Below, piece by piece: positions 8,677-17,391 of a stretch of 64,000 nt of DNA (within the stretch, counting starts at the first letter, position 1; each line of letters begins with the position of its first letter). The stretch spans positions 32,001 through 96,000 of IMG/VR virus record IMGVR_UViG_3300027804_000045; one strand, 5' to 3'. The position numbers and the translations under genes are program-made. The notes below the pieces were generated by a model. It was not told where the DNA came from. It did no database searches and worked only from the letters and a program-made list of their open reading frames with translations. This DNA comes from a virus.

Positions 8677-9353
8677 TTGCAGCCTGCTCTTGCGATATTA
8701 TAGAACTCTTGTCTAGCAGCAGGATCAGTCTTGAATCCGCCACCTAAACGACTAGTGACAGTTGAACTACCAGTATCCTCGACACCGCGACTCTTGACAC
8801 AATAATGCTGCGCGTCAATCATAACAGCAACATCATCTGTTTCAAGAATGAAACACAATGTGTGGAAAATCTGTTCAGTCAATCGTTCTTGAATTTGTGG
8901 GCGCTTTGCAAAATATTCTACAATTCGATTGATCTTACTTAGACCAAGCACTTTCTTCTTGGGAACATATGCTACCGTTGCAAGACCATCGATGACAACA
9001 AAATGATGTTCGCAATTGCTTTGTACATTGACATTTCTCTCAACGACCATCTCATTGTAGTGCATCTTGTTATCAACAGTCGTACACTTAGGGAATGCTT
9101 CATAGTCAAGGCCCCAAAAAATTTCATTTGTATACATTTTGGCAACACGCTTTGGCGTTTCTGCTAGGCTATCATCACTTAGATCAAGACCCAATGTTCG
9201 CATGATTGCTGCGAAATGGCCTTCAATGATGTCAATCTTTTCTTTACGGTCTAGTGTATTTTCTTTTGTAGGCGTTTCAACGCCGACACTTACTAGATAT
9301 TCGTGAACACGCTTGCCCAACTCGGGATCGGTCTTTGTCTTATTATAACTCAT
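8673..9353 (-). CDS. folE: GTP cyclohydrolase I
   Basis: ETPKRVAKMY, CEHH, GLSKINRIV, QIQERLT, HYCVKSRG. Confidence 0.97.
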   Translation of the reverse strand: MSYNKTKTDPELGKRVHEYLVSVGVETPTKENTLDRKEKIDIIEGHFAAIMRTLGLDLSDDSLAETPKRVAKMYTNEIFWGLDYEAFPKCTTVDNKMHYNEMVVERNVNVQSNCEHHFVVIDGLATVAYVPKKKVLGLSKINRIVEYFAKRPQIQERLTEQIFHTLCFILETDDVAVMIDAQHYCVKSRGVEDTGSSTVTSRLGGGFKTDPAARQEFYNIARAGCK

Positions 9354-9360
9354 TGTGTTT

Positions 9361-9416
9361 CTCCTTCCTTACACGGATAAAAATTATATAAACATGCTAC
9401 CGTTGTGTAGCATATG
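9361..9416 (-). promoter_or_regulatory. structured 5' leader of folE (7-bp hairpin plus UCC-GUGUAA-GGA mini-hairpin at the RBS)
   Basis: ATGCTAC-acaacg-GTAGCAT directly after an ATAAATA motif; second stem overlaps AGGAAGGAG. Confidence 0.4.
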
Positions 9417-9423
9417 TATTTAT
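9417..9423 (-). promoter_or_regulatory. T4-late-type promoter ATAAATA upstream of the folE-queD-queE operon
   Basis: Same motif recurs just upstream of >10 genes. Confidence 0.6.
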
Positions 9424-9425
9424 TG

Positions 9426-10187
9426 TCAATCAATATAACCCTTATTTTTAAGATAAGGAATCATGATTTTGTCAACTAAAGCTTTATTTTGTTCTGTAGA
9501 TGGATGCGTTCCTAATTCTTTTATTTCAGGGTACCCGGATTCATTTATAAACCAGTCCCATGCATTGTCAATAGGTAACCATTGGTTCCAGTCTATCATA
9601 TCATGTAAATTTTGTATATCTGGGTGCAATGGTAATTTAAGATCGTTATCATTAAAACTTGTTCTAAAAGTCCATTGGTTAATATTAGTGAAAAAATACT
9701 TGATGTTTAATTTTTCACATAGCCACTGTACCCTTAATATATTTTCTAAAGTTTGGATCGCGCTACCCTTATAGTCATAAAAATTTTTATAATAATTTTT
9801 ACTTAATTCATCGTCCCATAATGGCTGTATTAGGTAATAATTTTTATTTGGATCTTCCATATCTATGCTACAAGGATTACTATAATTATAAATTCCCCAA
9901 TCTATTTTACAATAGTCGTATGGTTTAGTTTCTGAGAAAAATTCTTGTCTCGTATGACTACTCCACATGATGCCAACCAAAATTTCTTCTGGTTTATATG
10001 ATTTTAAAACTTTATTAATGTAGTAAATAGCTCTTTTACTAATAATACCATTACTACCTGCACCCTGACCAAGATATAAGACTTCACAACCTAAAAATTC
10101 TGCTAAAGGTTTTGGCCAGTTTGTTGCTGTGTTCGGTACTTGTGTATAACTACAGCCTAAAGTTATTAGTAATTTAGGATTTGCCAT
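9426..10187 (-). CDS. SGNH-like protein (GCS-type)
   Basis: LGCSYT, NWP, GAGSN, IMWS, HPS. Confidence 0.7.
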   Translation of the reverse strand: MANPKLLITLGCSYTQVPNTATNWPKPLAEFLGCEVLYLGQGAGSNGIISKRAIYYINKVLKSYKPEEILVGIMWSSHTRQEFFSETKPYDYCKIDWGIYNYSNPCSIDMEDPNKNYYLIQPLWDDELSKNYYKNFYDYKGSAIQTLENILRVQWLCEKLNIKYFFTNINQWTFRTSFNDNDLKLPLHPDIQNLHDMIDWNQWLPIDNAWDWFINESGYPEIKELGTHPSTEQNKALVDKIMIPYLKNKGYID

Positions 10188-11214
10188 TTGCGAATACACC
10201 GTTGTATTGCTGCGTCACTCTTACAAAAGTCGTACACTTGCTTAGATTTTTTAAACTATCAGCGCCTACGTATGTGCAGGTACTGCGTATACCACCTAGT
10301 ATATCAAGGACAGTACTACCTACTGGGCCGCGATATGGAACACGTACTGTGCGACCTTCGCTACTACGATACTCAGCAACACCACCATTATGTTTATTCA
10401 TGGCAGTATCGCTGCTCATACCATAAAACATACGATATTGCTTATCCCCTTCTAGGATGATTTCTCCACCGCCCTCATCATGTCCAGCAAACATGCCGCC
10501 TAGCATCACAAAATCAGCCCCGGCGCCAAAGGCTTTAGCGACATCACCAGGGCAAGTGCAGCCACCGTCAGCAATAATATGACCACCAAGACCATGAGCC
10601 GCATCGGCGCACTCAATGATTGCTGAGAGTTGAGGATATCCCACACCAGTTTGTATGCGAGTAGTACACACACTGCCAGGACCAATGCCAACTTTAATGA
10701 TATCTGCTCCACGTAATATCAACTCCTGTGTCATATCTGCTGTAACAACGTTACCAGCAATAATTGTTTTCTTTGGATACTTCTCACGAATCTTACTGAC
10801 AAATATACCAAAGTGTTCACTATAACCATTAGCAACGTCAATACAGATATATTGAATTTCTGGATATACATTAAAAATCTGTTGTAATCTTTCTAAATCT
10901 TTATCACTGGTACCAGTACTGACAGCAAAATAGTCAGTACCAATCTTAAAAATACTATCAGCAATCATATCAAATGTATGACTCTTAGTCAAGCAAGTGA
11001 ATAGTTTGTGACGGCTGATTTCTTCAGCCATACCAAGTGTGCCAACACCGTCCATGTTAGCAGCCATGATGGGGATACCGTTATAGACTTTGCCGCTATG
11101 TTTGAAAGTATACTTACGTTCAAGGTCTACCTCTTTACGGCTACTCAACGTACTACGTTTAGGACGGAATAGTACGTCTTTAAAATCTAACTTGATATCT
11201 TCTTCAATTCTCAT
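10174..11214 (-). CDS. guaC: GMP reductase
   Basis: [47 protein letters not shown]; 346 aa. Confidence 0.96.
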   Translation of the reverse strand: MRIEEDIKLDFKDVLFRPKRSTLSSRKEVDLERKYTFKHSGKVYNGIPIMAANMDGVGTLGMAEEISRHKLFTCLTKSHTFDMIADSIFKIGTDYFAVSTGTSDKDLERLQQIFNVYPEIQYICIDVANGYSEHFGIFVSKIREKYPKKTIIAGNVVTADMTQELILRGADIIKVGIGPGSVCTTRIQTGVGYPQLSAIIECADAAHGLGGHIIADGGCTCPGDVAKAFGAGADFVMLGGMFAGHDEGGGEIILEGDKQYRMFYGMSSDTAMNKHNGGVAEYRSSEGRTVRVPYRGPVGSTVLDILGGIRSTCTYVGADSLKNLSKCTTFVRVTQQYNGVFANGKS

Positions 11215-11278
11215 TTTCTCTGATGCTCTTCGTAATAGGTAAAGGAACAAATTGCGCTACAAAAATATATTGTAACAT
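11204..11278 (-). CDS. possible 24-aa leader peptide overlapping the guaC start
   Basis: [24 protein letters not shown], preceded by AAGGA RBS. Confidence 0.35.
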   Translation of the reverse strand: MLQYIFVAQFVPLPITKSIRENEN

Positions 11279-11307
11279 TTTGTTCCTTTGTTGTATAATA
11301 TTTCGGA

Positions 11308-11337
11308 TGACCCCACTCATCGATAGTAGTGGGGTCA
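11308..11337. promoter_or_regulatory. perfect 10-bp GC-rich hairpin without U-tract
   Basis: TGACCCCACT-catcgatagt-AGTGGGGTCA in the intergenic gap. Confidence 0.55.
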
Positions 11338-11378
11338 AAGTCCTTGTAAGTTCTTTTACAAACTTCGCAAATCAAATA

Positions 11379-11567
11379 TTAGCCCTTTGCTTCCTTACGT
11401 GCGTTCTTAGTAGCTGTGATTTCGTTACGGCGTGCCTTGACAGCCTTAGCGAGTTCACCTAGAGCCTTACGTGCGCGTGTACCGGCAGCGTTATTGCCCT
11501 TCTCAAACTTCTCATGTTCAACTTGATAGTCGGCTAGTCTAGCCAAAATGTCATCATGTGCGCTCAT
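11379..11567 (-). CDS. histone H1-like (Hc1 family) DNA-binding protein
   Basis: KGNNAAGTRARKAL.EL signature. Confidence 0.8.
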   Translation of the reverse strand: MSAHDDILARLADYQVEHEKFEKGNNAAGTRARKALGELAKAVKARRNEITATKNARKEAKG

Positions 11568-11956
11568 TTCTTTTCTCCTACATTGTTAAAAGTTAATTCA
11601 ATCGTACCACCTTGCTCAAACTGATTCCAAGCAAGAATTTCTTTACCACCATTGCTACTCTGTACGAACACAGTACCGTTCGCATTAGCAGTCATAGTAA
11701 TTGTTTGTGCGTTTGGATCCATCCAACCGCGATCTACCCATACACCAGCAGTGGGACCAAAACTCGCACTACCTTGCATGAACCATACGTTCGGCTGTTG
11801 CCAGAACTTCAATGCGTTAGTGTTGTTTACATCACTAGTTGTATTTGTCCAACTAGTACCCGGCTTTATATTACCAATATCCCCTACGGTGTTATGTGTC
11901 ACCGTGATATTATAGTTAGTATTATTGTTAATCGTCAAAGTTGCTTGCCAACTCAT
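11564..11956 (-). CDS. hypothetical all-beta protein
   Basis: Asn/Thr/Trp-rich, alternating beta pattern; GAGG RBS. Confidence 0.7.
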   Translation of the reverse strand: MSWQATLTINNNTNYNITVTHNTVGDIGNIKPGTSWTNTTSDVNNTNALKFWQQPNVWFMQGSASFGPTAGVWVDRGWMDPNAQTITMTANANGTVFVQSSNGGKEILAWNQFEQGGTIELTFNNVGEKK

Positions 11957-11967
11957 ATATTACCCTC

Positions 11968-13137
11968 TTAGTATTTGCTTTCTCTTGTATGCTTACGATA
12001 ATCCGTAGTCATACGTAACCATTGCTCACCCTTGCCTTCAAGGATGTCGCATATTCTATCTATCGTCTTATCAGTCCAGTCGCTAATTTGTCCAATTCGT
12101 GGATGCTCATTGAATACCCAGTGATTGAGTTTATTCAATGCGTCATCTTGCGACCAAGGCACATACAATCGTGTATGATCGTTAGCAAACGTTTCTGGGA
12201 AACTGCGATATGCTGGATATACAACATTACAACCTAATGCGTCCGCTTCGCTGACAGTGTTGCTGACCCAGTCTTGCAAAGCACAGTTGAATAATACACG
12301 GCTGTCATTCAATATTCCATAATATTCGTCTTTACTGAGGTCGCTATAGATGCTTAGTTTGCCTTCATCTTGTAATCTATAAGTTCGTTCCATATATGAA
12401 CTATTATTGCTACGTAGTTTTGCACCACTCAATAATGCGAATTCAACGTCACCGTTGTGCATCTTTGTGTACTTTTCAATGATGTCCATATAAAAGTCGG
12501 GTTGCTTTTCTTGATCCCAACGTGCAGCAAAAACGACTCGTCGCTTTTTCAACTCAAATGGTTTGACAGATTTTACACGACTACGCACTTCATCTTTACC
12601 AAATGCTAGACCACTGATATTGTAGATAGGAGCCTTCCAGCCCGCGACCTTCATATGCATGACCATCTCTTCGTTGCTAGCAAGAATGATACAAAACTCA
12701 TTGATCATTTCTTCATACTTACGCATGAAACCTTCCATGCCCCATACGTGTAAGAAATCATCAGGATCGATAGTTTGTGCCAAGCAACGAACAAAAATCT
12801 TTGGACGATACTGTTCCGGAACTTGTTTGATAATGTATGCTAGGCTCTCAAGACCTGATGTATACATATCTTCAAAATAAATCACATCGTCACTAGTGAC
12901 TTCGCCACTTTTCATCAACTTGATTAGATTAGCCATCTGTGTGAGGCTATAATGTGTGCGACCATGTGCGTCAAGCACCTGACCTACTACGATGTTTTGA
13001 TCGCTAGATAGCGTATCGCCGGGAACGATAACATAATGTATTCCGCGATTCCTAAATACACGCTCATTCCAGTCAGTTAGTTGTAATGTATAGCGAGCCT
13101 TGTATGGCTCAAGTCCCATGTAAAATAATTTTCTCAT
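11968..13137 (-). CDS. phage GT-B glycosyltransferase
   Basis: FAARWDQEKQPDF, ALQDWVSNTVSEA, YPAYRSFPE donor-binding lobe. Confidence 0.8.
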   Translation of the reverse strand: MRKLFYMGLEPYKARYTLQLTDWNERVFRNRGIHYVIVPGDTLSSDQNIVVGQVLDAHGRTHYSLTQMANLIKLMKSGEVTSDDVIYFEDMYTSGLESLAYIIKQVPEQYRPKIFVRCLAQTIDPDDFLHVWGMEGFMRKYEEMINEFCIILASNEEMVMHMKVAGWKAPIYNISGLAFGKDEVRSRVKSVKPFELKKRRVVFAARWDQEKQPDFYMDIIEKYTKMHNGDVEFALLSGAKLRSNNSSYMERTYRLQDEGKLSIYSDLSKDEYYGILNDSRVLFNCALQDWVSNTVSEADALGCNVVYPAYRSFPETFANDHTRLYVPWSQDDALNKLNHWVFNEHPRIGQISDWTDKTIDRICDILEGKGEQWLRMTTDYRKHTRESKY

Positions 13138-13145
13138 AACACCTC

Positions 13146-13174
13146 AAAAGATACGAGGGGTTGCCCCCTCGTAT
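13146..13174 (-). terminator. intrinsic terminator-like hairpin
   Basis: ATACGAGGGG-gcaa-CCCCTCGTAT then CTTTT. Confidence 0.7.
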
Positions 13175-13183
13175 ATATTATTA

Positions 13184-13393
13184 TCAAGCTGACTTACTGT
13201 CAAGCTCCCACATGTCCTTGAAGGGCTTTCCTTGCATGTATTTCGTAAATTGCCTGAAGGCAAAACTACGATTACTATACAGTTCAGCCTCGTCAAACTT
13301 ATAACCATATAAACGACAGAAGTTACGATAACCGTCAAGATCATCAAAAATCTGATTTACCTGGTTGTTTGAACGCTTTTCATTTCTAGACAT
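13184..13393 (-). CDS. hypothetical protein
   Basis: IFDDLD.YR.FCR.YGY.FDEA.LY; AGGAG RBS and own promoter. Confidence 0.75.
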   Translation of the reverse strand: MSRNEKRSNNQVNQIFDDLDGYRNFCRLYGYKFDEAELYSNRSFAFRQFTKYMQGKPFKDMWELDSKSA

Positions 13394-13426
13394 TTTCTAT
13401 CTCCTAATTAAGTTGAACACAAGTTT

Positions 13427-13455
13427 ATAATAACAGAAAGATATTTAAAAATCAA
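13427..13455 (-). promoter_or_regulatory. sigma70-type promoter
   Basis: TTGATT-17-TATTAT with TG extension. Confidence 0.6.
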
Positions 13456-14567
13456 ACATCTTTCCACCCAGCCTGTCGCATCAAATGATGCGCCCAAACC
13501 AAATGACCTAAATATGTTGGGTGATTATTATGGTAAATTTGACCCGGTACAGATTTCATACCTATATAATCATGCAAACGATGTATCGCTTCAACCTCAC
13601 TTTCCATCCATTCTAGTGGTATAATCAAATTTTTGCCTACTTCACGCTTATAGTCATCAAATACATAAGCCATGATCATATATACATTTACGTCACTGTG
13701 ATTAACTAATTTGGCTGTATGTGTGATCCAATTTGTTTCAATAAATTTGAAATTATAATCTCTTTTATTGCTTACAAATTTTGTAAAATTTCTCCACATA
13801 ATACCTTCAATTGGGCATGCCGTGAAACTATTTAGGATTCTATTAAAGTGTTCAAAGAAAATTTCATCATACATTGCTAACCAATCTACGATGTGAATTT
13901 TATTATCTATCGGATAGTTAAACCAATCATTTATTGGATGCGATTTAAAAAGTTTAGTATCAGATATATTAAGTTCCCTGCTAGGATCGGTCAATTGCAT
14001 AGATACATAAACCTTTTTATATCCTAATGTAGCAACGTGTTTTAGTATCCTTTCTAAATCGGTATGCATATACAGATTACAATTACCTGGAATAGCAAAT
14101 TGATAATAGTCCCAGCCTGTAGCCTCGGCAATTCTAGCACCAAAGCAGTATTGTAATTGTATGTCTAAATGGTATTGACCCACGCCGGTCGCGATCTGTC
14201 GCGTCATATCGTATGGATCAAATAAAATTTCTCCATAGGTCCAGCTCTCTCCAATGTTCACAAATAGTGTATCACTACCTCGTATAACATGAAACTCTGT
14301 ATTTTTTACCGGATTTTCAATCATGATTGGTTTCATGTTGTCATCAGTCATCAAGATTTTTGACGCGGTAAGACTGGTTTGGCCAAATCTCCAGTCAGTT
14401 TGACTCCCGGACCTATGTTTAGATGGATCTAGCTCATAATAATTAGATTTTTCAATTATATTTGGTTCAGGATGGCGTCCTGTAAAAGTTGGTGAAAATG
14501 GAACAGCCTGTCTATTAGGCTTGAGTGCATCCAGCCTGTCTTTAAGGATGTTAAAACTTTCAGTCAT
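13452..14567 (-). CDS. SGNH-like protein (GES-type)
   Basis: IGESWTYG, AIPGNCN, LTDPSR, NNHPT..GH. Confidence 0.65.
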   Translation of the reverse strand: MTESFNILKDRLDALKPNRQAVPFSPTFTGRHPEPNIIEKSNYYELDPSKHRSGSQTDWRFGQTSLTASKILMTDDNMKPIMIENPVKNTEFHVIRGSDTLFVNIGESWTYGEILFDPYDMTRQIATGVGQYHLDIQLQYCFGARIAEATGWDYYQFAIPGNCNLYMHTDLERILKHVATLGYKKVYVSMQLTDPSRELNISDTKLFKSHPINDWFNYPIDNKIHIVDWLAMYDEIFFEHFNRILNSFTACPIEGIMWRNFTKFVSNKRDYNFKFIETNWITHTAKLVNHSDVNVYMIMAYVFDDYKREVGKNLIIPLEWMESEVEAIHRLHDYIGMKSVPGQIYHNNHPTYLGHLVWAHHLMRQAGWKDV

Positions 14568-15019
14568 TATATGACTATGTTTAGATTTGGTTTTGTGGTA
14601 TTGTAACGAATCGTGGCACCGTTCTCACCATCTTCACTGACAGTGATTTCAATGTCACGGCCTGGGTAACGACTAGCAATAACTTCATAGAGGTCATCGC
14701 TAATCATCTCACAACTCTTGAAGTTTAGTTCCAGTGTGCCTTGGTAGAGACTTTCTAACCAACGCTTGAACTGGATAAACTCAATATCCCTATCGTTGTG
14801 AAATACTTCAATGCTTACGTTGAAATGAAAAATGTGCCTGTGTTCGTTTGCGAGAAACGCAACATCTGCAAGTTTAGGATCTGTAGCAGCAGCAGGAAAT
14901 TTATGAATACCTTCACGCTGAAGGGTAACCCAAATAAATCGTTTGGCTGCGTTGCTAATGCGAACACGTTTATCAGCCATAGCCTGTTCTGCTTGATAGA
15001 TTACTGGATCTTCACTCAT
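14567..15019 (-). CDS. QueD-like T-fold protein, DpdL-type (putative CDG decarboxylase)
   Basis: LANEHRHIF (LxxxHRHxF), DRDIEF, KSCEMI, VSEDGENGA. Confidence 0.7.
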   Translation of the reverse strand: MSEDPVIYQAEQAMADKRVRISNAAKRFIWVTLQREGIHKFPAAATDPKLADVAFLANEHRHIFHFNVSIEVFHNDRDIEFIQFKRWLESLYQGTLELNFKSCEMISDDLYEVIASRYPGRDIEITVSEDGENGATIRYNTTKPNLNIVI

Positions 15020-15192
15020 CGTTCTTCTTCCATTTTGATACGTTCATGATTTTCTTCCCATTCAAGTCTATGCATCTTTTTGATCTCGGACTGAATCTGC
15101 AACACTTTGTAAATGTTTTCCGAATCGTGCGGCCCAAGTCCAAGTTGTTTCAACTTTTCTTCTAAAATTCTAATTTGTTGTGTATAAGCCAT
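15016..15192 (-). CDS. hypothetical protein
   Basis: Short helical ORF between transglycosylase and DpdL-like genes; GGAG RBS. Confidence 0.65.
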   Translation of the reverse strand: MAYTQQIRILEEKLKQLGLGPHDSENIYKVLQIQSEIKKMHRLEWEENHERIKMEEER

Positions 15193-15193
15193 G

Positions 15194-16744
15194 TTAGTTC
15201 TCCAAAACTTCATTGATAGCCTCATCACTATCTTCTATTGTTTCTTCAACCTCTTCCTCAACTTTTTCAACACTAAACAATTCATCAAACATCGTCATAG
15301 CATTCACAGTACGCTTACCGCTGATGCCCTGACTACCACTCTGCATTTGCATCCAGAACTTGTTATAGTATTCTATCACATTCAAACTATCTTCTCTAGT
15401 TTTCTGGCTGAATACTTCATCTACAACTTTACCGAAATAGATACCAAAATTCTCATTCATGATCATCTTGGGAATCACACCTTGTTCATACTGGCGATTC
15501 GCCTCTTGGACAGCGGTGATATGCTGATATACATTATGGGCTTGAATCAATGTGTATGAAAGTGTATCCCAACTTGTTTTTGTCTCTTTACCTTGATTAT
15601 TTATGAAACCCTGCCCACGATAGCATAGGTCGCGTATCATCATTCGTTCAGTCACAGGACTGTCAGTGAAAACTTCATGTATGCCGTCTGCGATTACAGC
15701 ATCGCTAAACTTGCGATTGTCGTTGGCATAGTCTTTGCTCTCGGCGGTCTTTTCCATGCTATATGACCACTTCTTGTCGTGTTCAATATTAGTGTTGAAA
15801 TATGCTAGACCTTTAGCAGCGCCATAGAATGGGCTAGCACAGTCAAATGTAATCATAAAGTTTGGGTTATGATACTTACGTATTGCCTTTTGGATGTCAC
15901 TAAAAAGTACAGCATATTCCATGATACTAGTACCAAGGCAGTGTAACAAGTCATGCTTGCCAGGAATTAAAAGGCCATCATGGATAATATGTACGAGGCG
16001 CTTCAGCATCAAGTGAATATCAATCTTGTTTTGGCCACCGAACGCCCAGCCATTGAAATGATTATCTGGGTAGATATTTGGGTCGCAATACTTTTTCATT
16101 TCTTGATACCAGTCATCACTTTGCTTGTGATTACGACCCTGCATTACGTTTAAGAATTTACAACGACCATCACGGTTCTTGATAAAGTATTCGTTGTTGA
16201 TATGTGTGGCTGCAATCGCTTCTTCAATTGTGCTGATACCATGCGCACTCTTGCCGGTTTTCTTATCCTTGATATGATACGTGGTCAAACTCTGTGATGG
16301 AATATCAAGACACATACCATAATCCATATATGTATCCATCCACTTCAAAACGGCCTTGCGCTTTTCTAGTGCGCGTGGGCAGTTAGGGTCTTTCCAATCT
16401 GCTGGCCACTGACACTTGAGAATCTGGAATCCGCCACTATCTCCTAACATGAACGTGCCTGGCTCTCTGCGTCTAATGATACTTTCGGCTGGATCGTCCA
16501 CATTAATATCAAGGTTGGCATGACCCGCACTATAGAGACCCCACTTATAAGTGTATAAGCCTTGTGTACTATTCAAAAAATTAAGGCATTCAACATCACC
16601 ATTGAACCCTGCAGGGACACGTTCAGCAGGAAAGTAATTCTCACCTTCGCGCTGCTTTCCTAGCCCACTAATAAAGAATGAACTAACTGCGGGCAAGAAT
16701 AATGCCCAATCTGGATTTTGTTGTTTGGATAAGTCAATAGTCAT
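15194..16744 (-). CDS. dpdA: TGT-fold base-exchange transglycosylase (DpdA-type)
   Basis: GDSGGFQ, CLDIP, VMQG, GWAFGG, HCLG, TFDCASP, AHN motifs; no CxCxxC Zn site; folE/queD/queE context. Confidence 0.75.
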   Translation of the reverse strand: MTIDLSKQQNPDWALFLPAVSSFFISGLGKQREGENYFPAERVPAGFNGDVECLNFLNSTQGLYTYKWGLYSAGHANLDINVDDPAESIIRRREPGTFMLGDSGGFQILKCQWPADWKDPNCPRALEKRKAVLKWMDTYMDYGMCLDIPSQSLTTYHIKDKKTGKSAHGISTIEEAIAATHINNEYFIKNRDGRCKFLNVMQGRNHKQSDDWYQEMKKYCDPNIYPDNHFNGWAFGGQNKIDIHLMLKRLVHIIHDGLLIPGKHDLLHCLGTSIMEYAVLFSDIQKAIRKYHNPNFMITFDCASPFYGAAKGLAYFNTNIEHDKKWSYSMEKTAESKDYANDNRKFSDAVIADGIHEVFTDSPVTERMMIRDLCYRGQGFINNQGKETKTSWDTLSYTLIQAHNVYQHITAVQEANRQYEQGVIPKMIMNENFGIYFGKVVDEVFSQKTREDSLNVIEYYNKFWMQMQSGSQGISGKRTVNAMTMFDELFSVEKVEEEVEETIEDSDEAINEVLEN

Positions 16745-17391
16745 AATATATCAGTATCGTTCCTGTCGTAGAATCGAACACGTTTGATTAAATCATAATC
16801 ATGTTGATAAAAAGATGTTAAGCTTTCAATAAAATTTGTATTTTCTGTAGCATACTGTTTTAATACATTAAAGAATCTTATTTTTTCTGGGCTATAATAC
16901 ATGTAGTTATTACGCAAGTTTTTAGCATTAATTCTTTTGTGGTTTAAATCACGAAATTTACATGAAACAAAATGCTCTAGATTGGGTATCAAATTTTTAT
17001 CCATATAAAAAAAGGTAATTTGATCTGTATCTAATCCCTCTAGGAAATTACGCTGTAGTTCTGTGTGTTCATCAAAAAACTTTCTGTCACAAATAAATTT
17101 TATAACATCGCTATTTTCTTTTTGCATGATATCTTGATGAAATCTAAAAAAATACTCTGTGACACCGCTAAACCATCTGTCTATTGGATCTCTTAAACAA
17201 ACTACATATCTTTTATTTTTAAAATTTTTATAGTTAAAACCTTTTGTAAAATTAAAGTTCTGTGTAAAATAATTTTTAAGCAATGTACTTGCACATTTAG
17301 GTATAGGTATATACCCATATTCAAAATCTTCTACAGTTAAAATATCTCCCCAACCATGAAAAAAATATTGATTGTAACGTTCAAGTCTCAT
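16741..17391 (-). CDS. sulfotransferase (Sulfotransfer_2-like)
   Basis: IPKCAST (5'-PSB) and LRDPIDRWFSG (3'-PB) PAPS motifs; C-terminal FYQHDY. Confidence 0.75.
   Translation of the reverse strand: MRLERYNQYFFHGWGDILTVEDFEYGYIPIPKCASTLLKNYFTQNFNFTKGFNYKNFKNKRYVVCLRDPIDRWFSGVTEYFFRFHQDIMQKENSDVIKFICDRKFFDEHTELQRNFLEGLDTDQITFFYMDKNLIPNLEHFVSCKFRDLNHKRINAKNLRNNYMYYSPEKIRFFNVLKQYATENTNFIESLTSFYQHDYDLIKRVRFYDRNDTDIL

Noticed and set aside
9354-9423. preQ1-I riboswitch upstream of folE
   Set aside because: Lacks the conserved loop and A-rich 3' tail; kept only as an unknown structured leader.
11300-11330. Hammerhead-like GAUGA...GAAA on the minus strand
   Set aside because: Core reads UCGAUGA rather than CUGANGA, and stems I-III cannot be formed.
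13144-13347. 67-aa alternative-frame ORF
   Set aside because: Overlaps 13184..13393, which has the RBS and promoter, and crosses the terminator.
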